From positions 1 to 47,833 of the IMG/VR virus record IMGVR_UViG_3300032327_001082: a stretch of DNA of 47,833 nt. One strand, written 5' to 3'. The stretch comes from a virus. Its lineage: Duplodnaviria; Caudoviricetes. A model generated the notes under the pieces. It ran no database searches. It was not told the DNA's origin and was given only the letters and a program-made list of their open reading frames with translations. Shown in pieces: positions 22,701 to 29,072 of this stretch. The position numbers were made by a program, and so were the translations under genes. Each line of letters starts with the position of its first letter. Position 1 is the stretch's first letter.

Positions 22701-24473
22701 CAATATATTAAGTTTAGTAAGTACAGCAGTAGTTACGGAGGCAAATTAACTAATAATCTTCAGTATATTGCTGGAAACAACACTGGTTTTGTACAAATTG
22801 AACTAGAAGGGATAACAGGACTTACACCAAACGTTTATCCTGTTCACTTTTTTGATATAAGTTTTGGCTTTAGTACTGGTGCACTATTTATAAATAGTTA
22901 TTATGGCGTAGGTGTAAAAACTTTTAATTTAATAAATGGTGTTAGATTACAAGGTGTAAACGGTACTTACAGTGCTAGTAATACCAGCATGATTCTAGCA
23001 AATAATTCAACATATAGGGTAAGTGCGGATCAACTTATAATAAATAATTTTAATGTAGCTGGCGGAAATGGTTGGTATTATGGTAATAATAGTAATGTTA
23101 GTGGCAGCTATACAGGTTGGCAAAATGGACTGCCTCCTACCTTTAGTTTAAGTAGAACACCTACTGGAAATATTAATGAAGGCTCAACTATAACTATTAC
23201 ACTAAGTACTACTAATTTAAATAATGGTACTCTAGTGCCTTTTACAATATCTGGTGTAGATAATACAGATATACGTATTGATGGAGTTAGTACACTTAGT
23301 GGTAATTTTACAATGAGTGGTAGTACTGCTTCAGCCACTGCTAGCATAACAATTACTGCTGTTGCTGATTTTACAGATGAAAGTTCTGTTCTTCAATATG
23401 AAACTATTACATTAACTCTAAGTAACGGAACAACCTCTATTAGTTTTGCAATTTATGATACTAGTAAAGTTCCTACATACAGTTTATCACGAAGTCCTGC
23501 TGGTGATATAACTGAAGGAAATTCTGTTACTATTACGTTAACTGCTACTAGTATTCCTGCTGGAACCGCAATACCTTATACTCTTAGTGGTACAGCAACT
23601 AATAATACTGATTATACAGTATCTAGCGGTCAATTTACTTTAGGAACAACAACTGTAGTAAATGATGTATTAAGTGCAACTAGTGCATTAACTTTTAATA
23701 CTATTTGGGATTATGTTAGCGAAAGCACAGAAACTGTAACATTAATAACAGCTTCTACTCTTGGCGGCACTAATGCTAGTATTACTTTTAATATTTTAAA
23801 CTTATTGCACCCTACCTATTCTTTGACTGCAAATCCTACTAGTGTAACTGAAGGCGGTAGTTTTACCATTACATTAACTACTACAGATGTAGCAAATGGA
23901 ACTAATGTACCTTATACTATTAGTGGCACAGGTATAACTGCTAGTGATTTTAGTATTGGCGGTAGTAGTAGTTTTACTGGTAATTTTAACATACAAAATA
24001 ATACTAGTACAATAACTGTTACCACACTTGCTGATTATTTTAGTGAAAGTAGTGAAAATCTTAGGCTTACACTAGATACAATAGGTACATTTATAGATGT
24101 ACCTATTGCAGATTATTACAAAACTCGTACATGGAGTTTAGCAACTGATAAAACTACTGTTTCAGAAGGTGAAAGTTTTACTATTACACTAACAACTACT
24201 AATGTATTTGATAATACCTTAGTACCTTATACTATTAGTAGTGGCACCAGTGGTACAATAACTACTGGAGATTTTACACCTGCTAGTTTAACTGGTAATT
24301 TTACTGTTGTTGGTGGTACTGCACAGCAAACTTTTAACATTGTTGTAGATGCTGCTATAGAAGGCGTTGAAATATTTGTTTTAACTTTAAACAGTCCTGC
24401 AAATAGTTCAATTAGTGTAAGTATAAGAGATGCTGTAGCTTCTGCTGGTAATTTTTTAATTTTATTTGAATAG
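16731..24473 (+). CDS. Giant adhesin-like virion protein (2580 aa): beta-solenoid region, LamG/ConA-like lectin domain and four Calx-beta/Ig-like repeats
   Basis: N-terminal WNGSTGTWATSASWSPTGVP..DNVFI motif. LamG signature FTMEAWVY...NTWYHLAYVY...IYANG...FNGYISNFRF (~20040-20740). Four C-terminal repeats PT(F/Y)SL...EG.S.TITL.TT....GT.VPYTISG (~23136, 23472, 23811, 24126). Confidence 0.8.
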   Translation: MADKTWNGSTGTWATSASWSPTGVPLSTDNVFINAGTVTVAGQTCAALTIGGTATITGTSLTVTTNMSVNGSAQFTYSGSSTLAVGGTLNIASASGRFTHSGAGGLTVGASFTNSGTYNQTNTAAVLTFTGGTFSGTVNWGTNSCYKVTVAKTSTTILTFNNSGALNCTASNSTVSAFTFTTCSNFTNNCVINTNTLINNGATTRTWNLNADVNLTGSFSGAIVSASQTTCTYASKTGTIRFQNSGSTSVDSTLAFGGGILATCPNVSIETGNTTTRVLVTGSVENLWTSGNYFNTGSLTVFGNLQDSTANCTWTGATITKPATASGATSTTNCTARFGTITFAGGATAATTFNSACTHTVTFCRASTIAVSTTALGVTYNFNNIEVATALNLSLPTSPSTPCTVTVSKARPFSGAAAVTTTIGQAISSSTSYSTVYLEDYDIPSTITHNTQYLIIGGLNSNSVRCTTFTTGALTRYFDIGAAGRTSYLVTRSNQTGEPGTGSCSISGTGFNNNVCNGGFVVAGSGSHAFGTPTYINALIVILRSGSATLSGTIARLEVEASGGATGTITINGPYAGDSIKQVSGNPGPISGLNLTYALSNAADTPQYSHNFAGLLGTVTVNSSYYAINFDNVNCSTLTIAGSGTTLSSDVSITNGTVGTVNFQPTQTGSTATSNCYIYGGTFTNFNVNYTTNPNIRTLNIQVSKTDNLVTGTLTHTAGTIYISYTVAVQNYTAAATGTKQIDWSSNSDSILKINGSCTIPSILTYAAAGDTNSVTGSAYAGSFWLAGSDTCTGYVWTSTTPSVRYNTIISARNSTLTNWYTQNCTFIEDANSVYPTAYQINYTDGILGSNTLSTNLSGLTLQSVLTPRDPAYVKTDCKTTVPFAAFNHNTVNSYGYTIDNIYAANITLGVVGTVYTMGATVTDVVKSNNTITLSAATTYNMYYVECVNLILNGAGATYIVDGVRYLDNNLNPTTGTVTHTAGTLALSVTGNGYDPVLSACNFTSNTGTRTIDFKDNSYALIQTLGTGALNISYSGLTTIFQAGFTPFAGFLHNSTGSINTGAVAPTTASAASIYILKGCTLPSTLYAKNFSNYNYPKIANNYPIDGYNSGKFNGSTDYLSTTTTFSLATATTPFTMEAWVYFNSFSGAAIASTAYAGSGPLPFVMGMGSGVTTAAGATPWFGYYTGSTWVSVVQSSTSLSVNTWYHLAYVYTGSSATIYANGTSIGTATVSTWQTTSQAGFYIGRRWDTAVSPYFNGYISNFRFVIGTAVYTGTFTPPKSPLFATQGSQTNIAAITDKSTVLLTCQSSSFRDNSYNSVTITTNGTPLVSDFSFISPYGSGYPINTSNFSVELYGDFSIGGELLASQTGTDTVVNRAGWQYLAVNLATTTVSDQHTLTTQPRVTPSPYTYSYPMYNISTVRQITLPSTFLGTANIIGRLQSSLFYHNRGSLSFTKYYNYDTSGTYSSQLYVNTTIGSSDTTNTKTHVYNNLTTSGADTSIFLLATTGTVWDFPYTNLLSSNWQIIVNVLGGIINHGTNNRKTTTQPSFDFTNFTSSFTLNPNTSFNVGSLLLKNYNIPSSSVFNVGGPVFTYDSPSNTIGANASINLIDGGNRKSSGSIIATSFTNTTGQLSYSSITNGIVAQIGQVVQITGSFYNTAFKYISNTITAQSVSNASITVYGTTSGQTSGGTVASGLLQISGGSLQRQYASGSVTIQYTVSNPCRITYYLGNNGSASVTAYSNITISSSLGFYVADSTNHIGKNSTVDVPGNSSNYTITITANTGVSGQEAISGYVSWVITSSSSAVTGNIPAYNGTNGLYAITAIGSGVLTLGDIYSNPITTVTGTIQGPTFITTAISSAPAGSDVTLFTSNTTAIYPAITCEVSTNLKLSSNSFKFNTLSLSKGIVFDAYTNTSTYGLICYQVIRATENSTLNITGKTLEIQGSGSGTDTGIQFGNNGDTNTNASGNLIGSTSSNLVFSGIGGTGGFGSNQYIKFSKYSSSYGGKLTNNLQYIAGNNTGFVQIELEGITGLTPNVYPVHFFDISFGFSTGALFINSYYGVGVKTFNLINGVRLQGVNGTYSASNTSMILANNSTYRVSADQLIINNFNVAGGNGWYYGNNSNVSGSYTGWQNGLPPTFSLSRTPTGNINEGSTITITLSTTNLNNGTLVPFTISGVDNTDIRIDGVSTLSGNFTMSGSTASATASITITAVADFTDESSVLQYETITLTLSNGTTSISFAIYDTSKVPTYSLSRSPAGDITEGNSVTITLTATSIPAGTAIPYTLSGTATNNTDYTVSSGQFTLGTTTVVNDVLSATSALTFNTIWDYVSESTETVTLITASTLGGTNASITFNILNLLHPTYSLTANPTSVTEGGSFTITLTTTDVANGTNVPYTISGTGITASDFSIGGSSSFTGNFNIQNNTSTITVTTLADYFSESSENLRLTLDTIGTFIDVPIADYYKTRTWSLATDKTTVSEGESFTITLTTTNVFDNTLVPYTISSGTSGTITTGDFTPASLTGNFTVVGGTAQQTFNIVVDAAIEGVEIFVLTLNSPANSSISVSIRDAVASAGNFLILFE

Positions 24474-24484
24474 GATATACTAAT

Positions 24485-24847
24485 ATGATTAATGACGTAA
24501 AAGTAATTATATCTGCTTTAATTTTAGCCATAGTTTTAATTTTAGGTTATTTTGGCTATAAAACTGTATACAATCGTGGTGTTGAACAAGCTAAACTAGA
24601 GTGCGAACAACAACGACAAAAATACGAACAACAAGTAGCAGAAAAAATTCAAACACTAGAAAATGCACTAGAACAAACCGCCAAACAAAGTGAAGCTAAA
24701 AAACAACAACTAAATAAAACTATTCGTGAAATTAAGTCTAAGCTTAACACACAGCCTATTACTATAATTGAAAATGGCAAGTGTATACCAGCAGTAATTT
24801 TTTTAGATAGTATTAACGAAGCAATTTCTAGAGCCAATCAAAAATGA
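24485..24847 (+). CDS. Inner-membrane spanin (Rz-like)
   Basis: N-terminal TM helix, coiled coil and C-terminal Cys; ATGA overlap with the downstream lipoprotein gene. Confidence 0.8.
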   Translation: MINDVKVIISALILAIVLILGYFGYKTVYNRGVEQAKLECEQQRQKYEQQVAEKIQTLENALEQTAKQSEAKKQQLNKTIREIKSKLNTQPITIIENGKCIPAVIFLDSINEAISRANQK

Positions 24848-25134
24848 AAAAACTAGTAATAACCTTTGGTTTATTACTTATACTGTTAAACGGCTGTGGA
24901 ATTTTTAATAAAAAAATTCAAGAAATTCCACCGCCTATAGTCACTAACAACAGAGTAGTAGTAGACCCTAAACTGCTGCAAGCTTGCGAACCATTACCAG
25001 CACTAGTTGGCAATACTTATGAACAAGTTGCAGATCACTATTTAACCGTCATTAACCTCTACGGTCAATGCGCCCTAAAACAACTAGACAGTATTGATGT
25101 TATCAGAAAACTGTCTAACCTGGATAAACCATGA
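24844..25134 (+). CDS. Outer-membrane spanin lipoprotein (Rz1-like)
   Basis: Signal peptide with lipobox LLNG|C, Pro-rich segment, and LLQACEPLP...YGQC cysteine pattern. Confidence 0.85.
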   Translation: MKKLVITFGLLLILLNGCGIFNKKIQEIPPPIVTNNRVVVDPKLLQACEPLPALVGNTYEQVADHYLTVINLYGQCALKQLDSIDVIRKLSNLDKP

Positions 25135-25550
25135 AAGAACATTTACGTTTTCGCAATATTTTTATGATTGGTGGTACACTTATTGTAATGATTTACTTGT
25201 ACCTTAGTGACCCTAACGGCGGTAACTTAACCGTTCCATTTTTAGCTAAACTAGCCACTCCTATTGTAGCTGTGTGGTTTGCACATCTTGCACGTCGCGC
25301 ACTATTTGACTATGCAGATATGGAAGCTTTAATGAAAAAAGCACGTGAAACTGCCACTGGCGCAGGCTTAGCGTTTTTAGGTCTTTGTTTAATTATTTAT
25401 GGCTTACTTGGACTATTTGGCTCGCAAGTATATGCGCAACCAGTAGCCACCTATATTCCTGAACAAGCGCATCAGCATTTACCTACACTGCAACAGGAAA
25501 AAGATAAGGTTTGGGCTCAACACCCAAAGCCAGCTACCTTGCTAGTTTAA
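25131..25550 (+). CDS. Three-TM holin-like membrane protein whose tail resembles the N-terminus of the endolysin
   Basis: Three hydrophobic segments; lies between the spanins and the endolysin; hydrophilic tail QPVATYIPEQAHQHLPTLQQEKDKVWAQHPK. Confidence 0.7.
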   Translation: MKEHLRFRNIFMIGGTLIVMIYLYLSDPNGGNLTVPFLAKLATPIVAVWFAHLARRALFDYADMEALMKKARETATGAGLAFLGLCLIIYGLLGLFGSQVYAQPVATYIPEQAHQHLPTLQQEKDKVWAQHPKPATLLV

Positions 25551-26086
25551 TAGAGCACGAATCCTGCATAAGTTTAAAACATTCACGATGTTGGAATCCT
25601 AAGTCTAGGCTTAAAAGTGCTAGAGAAGAGGGTGCAGGACTTGGACAAATTACCAGGGCTTTTAAACCAGATGGTACTATTAGATTTGATGCTCTATCAG
25701 AACTAAAATACAAGTATCCTAAGGAATTATCGGAATTAAATTGGCAAGTAGTCTACGACAGACCAGATTTACAAATTCGTGCACTTACACTAATGATGCG
25801 TGATAATTATCAACAATTTGATAAATATGCTGCAGACAAGCGTGAAGCTTATGCATTTGCTGATGCTGCTTATAATGGCGGCGTAGGTGGTGTAAATCAT
25901 GAAAGACGTGCTTGTAAATTAACTAGCTGGTGTGATCCTAATCGTTGGTTTGATAATGTAGAAAAACTTTGTTTAAAATCTAAAGTAGCACTTTATGGTA
26001 ATCGTAGTGCTTGTGATATTAATCGTCATCATGTGGAGGATGTAATCATTACTAGAAATCTAAAGTATAGTCAGTTAGTTAAATAA
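25511..26086 (+). CDS. Endolysin, lytic transglycosylase (SLT / lysozyme-like fold); probably reached by a -1 frameshift from the upstream ORF
   Basis: SLT motifs LIEHES (catalytic Glu), GAGLGQIT and AAYNGG; only a weak TTG start is available. Confidence 0.85.
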   Translation: MGSTPKASYLASLIEHESCISLKHSRCWNPKSRLKSAREEGAGLGQITRAFKPDGTIRFDALSELKYKYPKELSELNWQVVYDRPDLQIRALTLMMRDNYQQFDKYAADKREAYAFADAAYNGGVGGVNHERRACKLTSWCDPNRWFDNVEKLCLKSKVALYGNRSACDINRHHVEDVIITRNLKYSQLVK

Positions 26087-26105
26087 TTACGTTAGAAAGG
26101 TCTAT

Positions 26106-26813
26106 ATGGCTAATCAATCCGGTAAACAAGCTCGCAAAGTAGCACTGCTAGAAACAAAAGCTTCAGAACCAGTGCACGAGAGCAAAAAATATGTCTTTAA
26201 AGAAGTAAAACCACTAAATGAAATTCAAAGTGTATATTTAAATGCTATTAAACGTAATGATATTATTTTTGGTATTGGCAGTGCTGGCACAGGTAAAACC
26301 TATGTAGCTGCCAGCTATGCAGCAGCACAGCTATTTTACAAAAAAATCACAAAAATTATACTTACTAGACCAAATGTAGAAACTGGTCGTGGAATGGGAT
26401 TTTTACCAGGCAAACTAGAAGACAAATATGCTCCTTACTTACAGCCTTTTGATTCAGTATTTACTAAAACACTAGGTATTGGATTTTATCAATATGCATT
26501 AAAAAACAAAGATATAGACCCTAAACCTATTGGATTTATGCGCGGCATGAGTTTTGACGACGCAGTAATTTTAGTAGACGAAGCACAAAATTTAACTAAA
26601 ACTGAACTAAAAATGTTGCTAAGCCGTATAGGAAAAAATTGCAAAGTTATCTTAAGTGGTGATCCTAAGCAGTGTGATATTATAGACAGCGGCCTAGAAG
26701 ATGCAGTTAGTAGACTAAGCAGACTACCTGGCGTTGAATTAGTTAGATTTGAAGATGATGATATTGTTCGTAGTCCAATGTGTAAACAAGTTATTTTAGC
26801 CTACAACAATTAA
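26106..26813 (+). CDS. phoH: PhoH-family ATPase
   Basis: GSAGTGKT, LTRP, GFLPG, FMRG, DEAQN, RIG and GDPKQCD motifs; C-terminal DIVRS. Confidence 0.97.
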   Translation: MANQSGKQARKVALLETKASEPVHESKKYVFKEVKPLNEIQSVYLNAIKRNDIIFGIGSAGTGKTYVAASYAAAQLFYKKITKIILTRPNVETGRGMGFLPGKLEDKYAPYLQPFDSVFTKTLGIGFYQYALKNKDIDPKPIGFMRGMSFDDAVILVDEAQNLTKTELKMLLSRIGKNCKVILSGDPKQCDIIDSGLEDAVSRLSRLPGVELVRFEDDDIVRSPMCKQVILAYNN

Positions 26814-26850
26814 AAAAAGCCTCTAAGCTGTTAAGCTTAGAGGCTTTTTT
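26812..26850. terminator. Bidirectional intrinsic terminator at the convergence of the two arms
   Basis: Perfect 17-bp inverted repeat AAAAAAGCCTCTAAGCT-gtta-AGCTTAGAGGCTTTTTT between the facing stop codons. Confidence 0.95.
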
Positions 26851-26851
26851 A

Positions 26852-27106
26852 TTAACCACCCATTTGTTCTTCTACACCAACATTTTCATCAATTGTATGG
26901 TGTATTGTTTTGCCTTCTAGCTGTTCAATTGCTTGTTTACGCAAGTTTTCAGTTAGTGGATTACAAATTTTACCTGGAAGTTCTTGTAGCGCAACTAAAA
27001 TTACATTAACTTCTTCTTCTAAAAGTTTAAATGTAAACTCGTAGTTATCAGGAATTTCAATTTCTTTTTCAGATTCTTTTTGTTTTGGTTTTTTATTTCT
27101 TACCAT
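26852..27106 (-). CDS. Small hypothetical protein
   Basis: 84-aa ORF 3 nt after nrdJ, with AAGGTG SD; EEVNVILVALQELP helix motif seen in small phage proteins. Confidence 0.7.
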   Translation of the reverse strand: MVRNKKPKQKESEKEIEIPDNYEFTFKLLEEEVNVILVALQELPGKICNPLTENLRKQAIEQLEGKTIHHTIDENVGVEEQMGG

Positions 27107-27109
27107 ATA

Positions 27110-29071
27110 TCACCTTATTGGACAAGCACCAGTACTGCAGTCTTGATCTGTAATTTCATCAAAACTATTTGCAGTGTTTAAATCAATTGTACCTAAAATT
27201 TGTACATAGTTTTTATAAGTTTGTTCATCTACTACTTCTTGCGGAAGGTATAAGTAACCTAAATCTTTAGCAGTTTTACTAGGATCAGTTCTGTAAATAA
27301 AACTTACGCCTACATAGCAATCCCAGTTGTCTAACAGCCAGTTAATAATTGCTGGAATTTCTGTTGGATCATAACTAATAGTTACCGACGTATTTTGTTG
27401 ATTCCAACTAGTTTGCAATAATTTATAGCGTTCTAGTTGTGTAACAGCACTTTCCAAGTTAACTTCTTTTCCATCAACTTTATCAAACACTACGCCATCC
27501 CAACAAACTGGAAAAGTTACTAATACTCCGCTATCGTCAACTGGATGATTAATTACTGTATAATTAGCTTCGCGTAGTTTTTCTACAACCGGATCGTGTT
27601 TTGAAAATTGCACATTGTTGAAAATGTACTTGCCTAGTGGTTTGTGTACACCTTCAGTAGTATCCATAATCTTGCTTAGTGTACCCGACGGTTTTACGCA
27701 AGTTACATTTTTAGGAACTGGCAATCCTAGTTCTTGAGCCATGCCTACTGCAGCACTAGTTGCTGTGCGTTTTAGGTATTCATAGTCATAACTGCCCATA
27801 TCTGGGCGCATTGCAATGCCTGTTAAACCTACTCCACAAAGACGTAAAAAGTAGTTGTTTAAATGCCAACTTTCTTGTAAAATTCCGTCTTGTAAGTCAA
27901 CACAAGTTTGACGATAATTAGCTCTAGCAGCTAGTCTAATAGCTGCGTGTAGTCCGGCATTGTCGCCACGAAACTTAGCAATATCAGTTTCTGTTAAGTT
28001 ACAAAAGCTCTTGTTGCCCAACAAAATTTCTACACAAGGATTAGCGCCTTTAAACCAAGGTGCACGACGTAGTGCTTCTACTTCATTAATAAATCCTGGC
28101 TCGCTACCGCCTGCTTCTTGCATTAGGTGAAAAATCTTTTCTAAGTCTTCGCGCAGTGGTTTTTCTTTAAACACTAGGCTATTATTACTTTGAGTACGAT
28201 GTTCATTGTTATGTAGCCACCAGTCTTTTTTAGCTACCGCAAACTCTTCCCACTCAGGCTGACCATAGTCGAAAAGAGCGATTTCAGCACTTCGGCGGCT
28301 GCTAAGAATAGTACCCAGATGATTAACGATGTCCAGAATATCCATCCTAGTAAGTAGACTATCAGCCCTACCATTAAGAATATTGGCAATGCTAGTATAT
28401 GCAGCACTAATTGCAGTATCGCCTGAAGAAATCCAACCATAACCTTTTAACCTCTCTCCTGCTGGACGCAACTGCGAAAAATCTAAAACTAGTGTTTCTG
28501 CTGGATATTTACCTGCTAATAGTTTGCCAATACTTTTAGCCCAAGCTTCCGCACTGTCACCAATTTGCAATGTCCAAGTTTTAGTTGTTACATCCCAAGT
28601 TTCTGTGTTATACTCATTGCCGCCTTTTTCAGTGCGCTGACTACGAATTGTTTTGATATTTTTAATTGGATTTGAAAATCCATTAAGAGTACCTACAATA
28701 GGTTTAAATCCTACACCGCAACCTTGTAGCAATAACCATAGCACATCAACCACATCATATACAGTTTCTACATGAGTAAAGCTACAATTAAACTGACTTG
28801 CTTCCCGTGTTTTAGCTACTTTAGTTCCACCAAGCCAAAGTGTGCGACCGCTCATTAATACTTTGCGATCTAGCATTAGCTGTTCTAAGTCATAAAGTTC
28901 TGCATACTCTTGATCATTTAATTCACGACTAACTGCACGTTCCCATAGCCATGCTTGATGATCAATTACACGAGCAACTGTTTCTTCCCATGTTTCAAAC
29001 TGTTTTCCATCGTCACTAGTAGGTCTATTATAAGTGCGACGGGTAATTACTTGTGCTCTTGTGCTAACCAT
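27110..29071 (-). CDS. nrdJ: Class II (adenosylcobalamin-dependent) ribonucleotide reductase, RTPR-like
   Basis: RRTYNRP, GRTLWLGG, FNCSF, GCGVGF, RRSAEI, active-site NPCVEI, FCNL, TCVKPSGT and C-terminal redox pair CSTGACPIR; no beta-subunit gene nearby. Confidence 0.92.
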   Translation of the reverse strand: MVSTRAQVITRRTYNRPTSDDGKQFETWEETVARVIDHQAWLWERAVSRELNDQEYAELYDLEQLMLDRKVLMSGRTLWLGGTKVAKTREASQFNCSFTHVETVYDVVDVLWLLLQGCGVGFKPIVGTLNGFSNPIKNIKTIRSQRTEKGGNEYNTETWDVTTKTWTLQIGDSAEAWAKSIGKLLAGKYPAETLVLDFSQLRPAGERLKGYGWISSGDTAISAAYTSIANILNGRADSLLTRMDILDIVNHLGTILSSRRSAEIALFDYGQPEWEEFAVAKKDWWLHNNEHRTQSNNSLVFKEKPLREDLEKIFHLMQEAGGSEPGFINEVEALRRAPWFKGANPCVEILLGNKSFCNLTETDIAKFRGDNAGLHAAIRLAARANYRQTCVDLQDGILQESWHLNNYFLRLCGVGLTGIAMRPDMGSYDYEYLKRTATSAAVGMAQELGLPVPKNVTCVKPSGTLSKIMDTTEGVHKPLGKYIFNNVQFSKHDPVVEKLREANYTVINHPVDDSGVLVTFPVCWDGVVFDKVDGKEVNLESAVTQLERYKLLQTSWNQQNTSVTISYDPTEIPAIINWLLDNWDCYVGVSFIYRTDPSKTAKDLGYLYLPQEVVDEQTYKNYVQILGTIDLNTANSFDEITDQDCSTGACPIR

Positions 29072-29072
29072 A

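Noticed and set aside
534-24837. Short nested or antisense ORFs in the structural arm (e.g. 534-728, 2122-2328, 5893-6141, 20182-20463, 23108-23347)
   Set aside because: They lie entirely within long genes, with no supporting SD or recognisable motifs.
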